A DNA stretch of 64,000 nt from Clostridiales bacterium (GTDB lineage: Bacteria; Bacillota; Clostridia; Oscillospirales; Oscillospiraceae): positions 13,698 through 77,697 of the forward strand of contig JALFSI010000015.1 in assembly GCA_022779365.1 (NCBI GenBank), in the 5' to 3' direction. Positions 59,488-64,000 of this stretch are shown in pieces. The notes beneath the pieces are model-generated. The model was not told the DNA's origin. It made no database searches and was given only the letters and a program-made list of their open reading frames with translations. The stretch's first letter is position 1, and every line of letters starts with the position of its first letter. A program made the translations under genes and the position numbers.

Positions 59488-59831
59488 TTGTGTTTCCTCC
59501 TAGTTTGAAGTTACCGCAGAAAGCGGTTCCGGTGGCGAGGTATCACGACTAATTTATACGCTGCGTCCAAAGTAACCAAGGAACACCCAATTAACCGTGA
59601 CCTTTCGTCATCCGTATTTTTATCGTTGGAGGGCGGCGTGTCCGCCGCCCTGGCGATAACAGAATTTCATGGGAGATCGACGTCTCCCCTCACCTTTCGG
59701 CGAGGTTTTTCTACCCTCTCAATGCTCTTGAGGGCAGATTGGCAAAGATTTTTTCGCTAGGCAAGGTTTTACGGTGAAGGCGTATATGCTATACGCCGAA
59801 CCGCAAATAACGCAGCATAGCCGAAAAAGAT
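59488..59831 (-). other. 344-nt hairpin-dense non-coding spacer inside the spc operon (REP/MITE-like insertion or structured RNA)
   Basis: No ORF. At least 7 stable hairpins are present, for example ggcgtata-gca-tatacgcc, cctcgcc-gaaa-ggtgagg and gggcggcg-gaca-cgccgccc. A 17-nt imperfect inverted repeat lies at 59739-59756 / 59822-59838. Confidence 0.6.
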
Positions 59832-60017
59832 TTACCAAGATGCCTTTCTAACTCCGGGGATCTGACCCTTGTAAGCCAGCTCGCGGAAGCAGATACGGCA
59901 CACGCCGTAGTCACGCAGGTACGCATGGGGACGACCGCAGATCTTGCAGCGGTTGTAGTAGCGGGTGGAGAACTTGGGTTCTTCCTTCTGCTTGAGAATC
60001 ATTGCTTTTCTAGCCAT
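59832..60017 (-). CDS. rpsN: 30S ribosomal protein S14 type Z (zinc-binding)
   Basis: 61 aa with CKICG...CRICF and C-terminus KASW. Confidence 0.95.
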   Translation of the reverse strand: MARKAMILKQKEEPKFSTRYYNRCKICGRPHAYLRDYGVCRICFRELAYKGQIPGVRKASW

Positions 60018-60035
60018 TCGTCAAATCCTCCCAAA

Positions 60036-60575
60036 TTACGCGTAGAACGGAGCGCCGACCATGGTCAGCAGTTCCTTGGCTTCTTCGTCGGTGGTGGCGG
60101 TGGTGCAGATGCAGATGTCCATGCCACGGATCTTATCGACCTTGTCGTACTCGATTTCCGGGAAGATGAGCTGTTCCTTCAGACCGAAGGCGTAGTTGCC
60201 GCGGCCGTCGAAGGAGTTGGGGTTGATGCCGCGGAAGTCGCGGACACGGGGCAGCGCCACGTTGAACAGACGATCGAGGAACTCCCACATACGCTCGCCG
60301 CGGAGGGTGACCTTGACGCCGACAGTCTCGCCTTCACGGACCTTGAAGTTCGCAACGGACTTGCGGGCCTTGGTGGTGATGGGCTTCTGACCGGTGATGG
60401 TAGCGATGTCCTTGCAGATCGCCTCGATCTCTTTTGCGTTGTTCTTGGACTCACCGCAGCCAACGTTGACGATGACCTTGCTGAGCTTCGGGATCTGCAT
60501 GACGCTCTTATACTGGAACTTGGACATGAGAGCGGGTGCGATCTCTTCGGTATACTTAACTTTCAGTCTAGCCAT
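60036..60575 (-). CDS. rplE: 50S ribosomal protein L5
   Basis: [12 protein letters not shown]...[15 protein letters not shown]. Confidence 0.95.
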   Translation of the reverse strand: MARLKVKYTEEIAPALMSKFQYKSVMQIPKLSKVIVNVGCGESKNNAKEIEAICKDIATITGQKPITTKARKSVANFKVREGETVGVKVTLRGERMWEFLDRLFNVALPRVRDFRGINPNSFDGRGNYAFGLKEQLIFPEIEYDKVDKIRGMDICICTTATTDEEAKELLTMVGAPFYA

Positions 60576-60592
60576 TTATGAACGCCTCCCTC

Positions 60593-60898
60593 TCAAATTT
60601 CCTGTCCGCACTTCTTGCAGACGCGGACCTTCTTGTCGCCTTCCAGCTTGACAGCGTGGCGAGTCGCCTTGCCGCACTTCGGGCAGACAAGCATCGTTTT
60701 GCAGGCGTACAGCGGGGTCTCCTTGCGGATGATGCCGCCCTGTTCGCCCTCCTTCTTGGGCTTGACGTGGCAGGAAGCCATGTTGATGCCTTCGACAACG
60801 ATCTTGCCGGCAGCGGGCATAGCCACGAGGACCTTGCCCTTCTTGCCCTTGTCCTTGCCGGACAGGACGATCACGGTATCGTTTTTCTTAATGTTCAT
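60593..60898 (-). CDS. rplX: 50S ribosomal protein L24 (with C-terminal CxxC...CxxC motif)
   Basis: KOW motif VIVLSGKDKGKKGKV. C-terminus has CPKCG...CKKCG. Confidence 0.94.
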   Translation of the reverse strand: MNIKKNDTVIVLSGKDKGKKGKVLVAMPAAGKIVVEGINMASCHVKPKKEGEQGGIIRKETPLYACKTMLVCPKCGKATRHAVKLEGDKKVRVCKKCGQEI

Positions 60899-60913
60899 CT
60901 CATGGTCCCCCTA

Positions 60914-61282
60914 TTAAACGGTTTCGGGTGCCAGGGAGCAGATCTTCATGAAACCAGCGTCACGAAGTTCTCTCGCCACCGGCCCAAAAATACGGGTGCC
61001 GCGAGGGCTGTTGTCGTCCTTGATGAGAACAGCGGCGTTCTCGTCAAAGCGGACGTAGGTACCGTCGGCGCGGCGAGCGCCCTTGACAGAGCGGACGATG
61101 ACAGCCTTGACGACCTCGCCCTTCTTGACCGTGCCGTTCGGAGCTGCCTTGCGCACGGAGCAGACGCACACGTCGCCGATGCTGCCGAATTTGCGCTTTG
61201 CGCCGCCGAGTACACGGATGCACTTGATTTCCTTGGCGCCGGTGTTGTCGGCAACCTTCAGATAGCTTTCACTTTGGATCAT
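60914..61282 (-). CDS. rplN: 50S ribosomal protein L14
   Basis: [19 protein letters not shown]. Confidence 0.96.
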   Translation of the reverse strand: MIQSESYLKVADNTGAKEIKCIRVLGGAKRKFGSIGDVCVCSVRKAAPNGTVKKGEVVKAVIVRSVKGARRADGTYVRFDENAAVLIKDDNSPRGTRIFGPVARELRDAGFMKICSLAPETV

Positions 61283-61297
61283 GTGTTGTCGACCTCC

Positions 61298-61561
61298 TTA
61301 CTTAGCCTTTTCGATGATCTCTACAAGACGCCATCTCTTGTCCTTGGACAGCGGGCGGCACTCCATGACCTTGACGGTATCGCCGATACCGCACTCGTTC
61401 TTTTCGTCGTGTGCCTTCAGCTTGTAGGTTCTCTTGATGATCTTGTGGTACAGCTTGTGCTGTACGCTCGTTTCAATCGCAACCACGATTGTTTTGTCCA
61501 TCTTATCGGAGACGACGGTACCAACCCTGGTTTTGCGGAAAGCTCTGGTATTTTCACTCAT
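61298..61561 (-). CDS. rpsQ: 30S ribosomal protein S17
   Basis: [17 protein letters not shown]...YKLKAHDE. Confidence 0.95.
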   Translation of the reverse strand: MSENTRAFRKTRVGTVVSDKMDKTIVVAIETSVQHKLYHKIIKRTYKLKAHDEKNECGIGDTVKVMECRPLSKDKRWRLVEIIEKAK

Positions 61562-61575
61562 TTGCTGTTTCCTCC

Positions 61576-61773
61576 TCAGTTCTTGGTCGCGTTCTCACGA
61601 ATAATAGTTTTGATGCGGGCAATGTCTTTCTTAACAGCCGCGATGCGCAGCGGGTTATCGAGCTGGTTGGTCGCGTGCTGCATGCGCAGCATGAACAGAT
61701 CCTTTTTCAGCTCAGCCAGCTTGCCTTCCAGCTCAGCGGCAGACAGTTTACGGATTTCGTTTGCCTTCATCAT
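61576..61773 (-). CDS. rpmC: 50S ribosomal protein L29
   Basis: [25 protein letters not shown]. Confidence 0.94.
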   Translation of the reverse strand: MMKANEIRKLSAAELEGKLAELKKDLFMLRMQHATNQLDNPLRIAAVKKDIARIKTIIRENATKN

Positions 61774-62207
61774 TATTCACCACCATTCTCGGATTCCGGG
61801 GCTTCTCTGGCGATGATCTTTGTCTTGATGGGCAGCTTGTGCTGCGCCAGACGCAGAGCCTCGCGTGCTTCCGCTTCGGGAACACCGCCAATTTCGAACA
61901 TGACTTTCTGATTCTTGACGACCGCGACCCAGTATTCGGGCGCGCCCTTACCAGAGCCCATACGGACGCCAAGTGCCTTCTTGGAAACAGGCTTGTCGGG
62001 GAAGATCTTGATCCAGACCTGACCGCCACGCTTGGTGTAACGGGTCATGGCGACACGGGCCGCCTCGATCTGGTTGCCGGTGATCCAGCCGGGTTCACAC
62101 GCCTGGATACCAAATTCGCCGTAAGCGATCTTGTTGCCGCGGGAAGCAGTGCCCTTCATGCGGCCTCTCTGAACGCGGCGATATTTTGTTCTTTTGGGCA
62201 TCAGCAT
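61773..62207 (-). CDS. rplP: 50S ribosomal protein L16
   Basis: [19 protein letters not shown]. Confidence 0.96.
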   Translation of the reverse strand: MLMPKRTKYRRVQRGRMKGTASRGNKIAYGEFGIQACEPGWITGNQIEAARVAMTRYTKRGGQVWIKIFPDKPVSKKALGVRMGSGKGAPEYWVAVVKNQKVMFEIGGVPEAEAREALRLAQHKLPIKTKIIAREAPESENGGE

Positions 62208-63019
62208 TAGCGGTTGCCTCCTTCCCTGCGGTCATTGTAGCTGCGGCGCTCGCCGTTATTGTTGTTGTACGGACGGCGCTCGCCATCATTGCGGCGGTCA
62301 CCGTAGCGGCGATCACCCTGGCGGCGATCACCCTGACGGCGGTCGCGGCGCTCACGGCGTGCGGGCTCCGGGTTCTCGGAACGCAGCGTGGAGTTGAGCA
62401 CCTCGCCCTTGTAGATCCAGACCTTGCAGCCGACCTTGCCATAGGTGGTGTTCGCCTCGGCGAAGCCGTAGTCGATGTCGGCACGGATGGTCTGAAGGGG
62501 GATGGTGCCTTCGTGATAGGACTCGGTGCGTGCGATCTCAGCGCCGCCCAGACGGCCGCCGCAGGTGCACTTGATGCCCTTCACACCCAGACGCGTGGCG
62601 CGCTGGATCGCCTGCTTCATCGCGCGGCGGAAGGAAATACGCTTTTCGAGCTGCGCGGCGATGTTCTCCGCGACGAGCTGCGCGTTCATGTCGGGGCTGC
62701 GGATCTCAACGATGTTGAGCGCCACGGTCTTGCCGAGCTTCTTCTCGATGGACAGGCGCAGCTTTTCGATGTCCTGACCGCCCTTGCCGATGATGACACC
62801 GGGACGGGAGCAGTGAATGTTGATCTTGACCTTTGCGTTATCTCTTTCGATCTCGATCTTGGCGATACCGGCGGAGTAAAGGGTGCTCTTGAGCTGCTTG
62901 CGGATGTTGTAGTCCTCAACGATCAGATCACCGACTTTATCCTCACGGGCATACCAGCGAGAGTCCCAATCCTTAATTACGCCAACGCGCAATCCATGGG
63001 GATTAACTTTCTGTCCCAT
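62207..63019 (-). CDS. rpsC: 30S ribosomal protein S3 with an Arg-rich C-terminal extension of about 50 aa
   Basis: [13 protein letters not shown] and KH domain. The tail reads [51 protein letters not shown]. Confidence 0.94.
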   Translation of the reverse strand: MGQKVNPHGLRVGVIKDWDSRWYAREDKVGDLIVEDYNIRKQLKSTLYSAGIAKIEIERDNAKVKINIHCSRPGVIIGKGGQDIEKLRLSIEKKLGKTVALNIVEIRSPDMNAQLVAENIAAQLEKRISFRRAMKQAIQRATRLGVKGIKCTCGGRLGGAEIARTESYHEGTIPLQTIRADIDYGFAEANTTYGKVGCKVWIYKGEVLNSTLRSENPEPARRERRDRRQGDRRQGDRRYGDRRNDGERRPYNNNNGERRSYNDRREGGNR

Positions 63020-63032
63020 AGTAACCTCCTGC

Positions 63033-63368
63033 TTAAGCCTTCTCGCTCACACCAAGGGTGATGTGAGTGGTTCTCTTCAGAATACGGTTGTATCTGCCCT
63101 GTGCCCGCGGCATACCACGCTTAAGCGTGGGACCGGGATCGGCGAGCGCCGTGGAAACGTAGAGCTTTTCAGCATCCATCTGGTGGTTGTTCTCTGCGTT
63201 GGCGATGGCGCTCTTGAGCAGCTTGAGCATCGGTTCGGAGGCAGCCTTGGGAGTCTGCATCAGATAAGCCGCTGCGGTCTTGACGTCCTTGCCGCGGATG
63301 AGGTCGCAAACGATGCCGACCTTACGCGGGGAGATACGCAGGTATCTCAGATATGCTTTTGCTTCCAT
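63033..63368 (-). CDS. rplV: 50S ribosomal protein L22
   Basis: [27 protein letters not shown] matches the canonical N-terminus. AGGAGG lies 11 nt upstream. The track ORF starts at ATG 63389, overlapping the rpsS stop. Confidence 0.92.
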   Translation of the reverse strand: MEAKAYLRYLRISPRKVGIVCDLIRGKDVKTAAAYLMQTPKAASEPMLKLLKSAIANAENNHQMDAEKLYVSTALADPGPTLKRGMPRAQGRYNRILKRTTHITLGVSEKA

Positions 63369-63388
63369 ACTCTTTGCGTCCTCCTTCA

Positions 63389-63664
63389 TTACGAATTGGT
63401 GGTCTTGCTGCCGGAGTGACCACGGAACGTTCTGGTGGGAACGAACTCACCCAGCTTATGACCGACCATGTCTTCCGTGATATACACCGGCACATGACGG
63501 CGGCCGTCGTGCACAGCGATGGTGTGACCCACGAAGGAGGGGAAGATCGTCGAAGCTCTGGACCAGGTCTTGAGAACCTTCTTCTCGCCCGCCTTGTTCA
63601 GTTCTTCCACGCGTTTGAAGAGTTCAGGCGCTACAAACGGGCCTTTTTTAATACTTCTGCTCAT
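63389..63664 (-). CDS. rpsS: 30S ribosomal protein S19
   Basis: [15 protein letters not shown]...GHKLGEF. Confidence 0.96.
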   Translation of the reverse strand: MSRSIKKGPFVAPELFKRVEELNKAGEKKVLKTWSRASTIFPSFVGHTIAVHDGRRHVPVYITEDMVGHKLGEFVPTRTFRGHSGSKTTNS

Positions 63665-63676
63665 TTTATATCCCCC

Positions 63677-64000
63677 TTACTTCGCGTTTCTGCGCTTAAA
63701 GATATACTTGTTGGTGCGGTTCTTCGCCTTGCGGGTCTTGAGGCCCATAGCCGGCTTGCCCCACGGGGTCATAGGACCGGGATGACCAACAGGAGATTTG
63801 CCTTCGCCGCCGCCGTGCGGGTGGTCGTTCGGGTTCATGACAGAACCGCGGACGGTCGGGCGGATGCCCATGTGACGGGTACGACCGGCCTTGCCGATGT
63901 GCACGTTCTCATGGTCGATGTTGCCGACCTGACCGATGACTGCGGTGCAGTTCATGCGGACGAGGCGGACTTCGCCGGAGGGCAGACGGACCTGCGCCAT
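63677..64000 (-). CDS. rplB: 50S ribosomal protein L2, C-terminal part (5' end outside window)
   Basis: [19 protein letters not shown] motif. The ORF runs off the window edge. Confidence 0.95.
   Translation of the reverse strand: MAQVRLPSGEVRLVRMNCTAVIGQVGNIDHENVHIGKAGRTRHMGIRPTVRGSVMNPNDHPHGGGEGKSPVGHPGPMTPWGKPAMGLKTRKAKNRTNKYIFKRRNAK

Overview
High-GC (about 60%) Firmicutes/Clostridia-type chromosomal window, with gene content typical of Oscillospiraceae/Ruminococcaceae-like gut anaerobes. It is mostly core metabolism. From left to right:
- KdpD/KdpE-like two-component tail, lgt, a split chromate-transporter pair and tRNA-Arg(CCG).
- Exonuclease, D-aminoacylase and GNAT genes.
- Divergent gltX/trpS, a TagO/WecA-like transferase, and an operon of three small unknown ORFs.
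- yfcE-like phosphoesterase, coaX, and a LysA-like protein with degenerate catalytic motifs.
- A maltodextrin operon on the minus strand (SBP, two permeases, LacI, malQ, glgP).
- A MarR / serine-palmitoyltransferase-like / SDR operon.
- A nucleoside salvage cluster: add, a BMP-type ABC importer and two nucleoside hydrolases.
- A 2524-aa SLH-anchored GLUG-repeat surface protein whose leader looks like a cobalamin riboswitch.
- azoR-like, udp-like, DUF1934, ddl, an AEC transporter, rbsK and an orphan spoVAC.
- The 3' two-thirds of the S10-spc-alpha ribosomal protein cluster (rplB to rplQ, minus strand).

The observations most worth follow-up are:
1. The B12-riboswitch-like leader in front of the giant surface protein, which carries a transcobalamin-like (DUF4430-like) segment.
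2. The Spt-like/SDR/MarR operon in a Firmicute.
3. A 344-nt hairpin-dense insertion between rpsZ and rpsH inside the spc operon.
4. The catalytically degenerate LysA homolog.
5. Dispersed REP-like palindromic repeats.

No CRISPR array, transposase, integrase or recognisable defence system was seen. All calls come from reading the sequence and from remembered family motifs; no searches were run.
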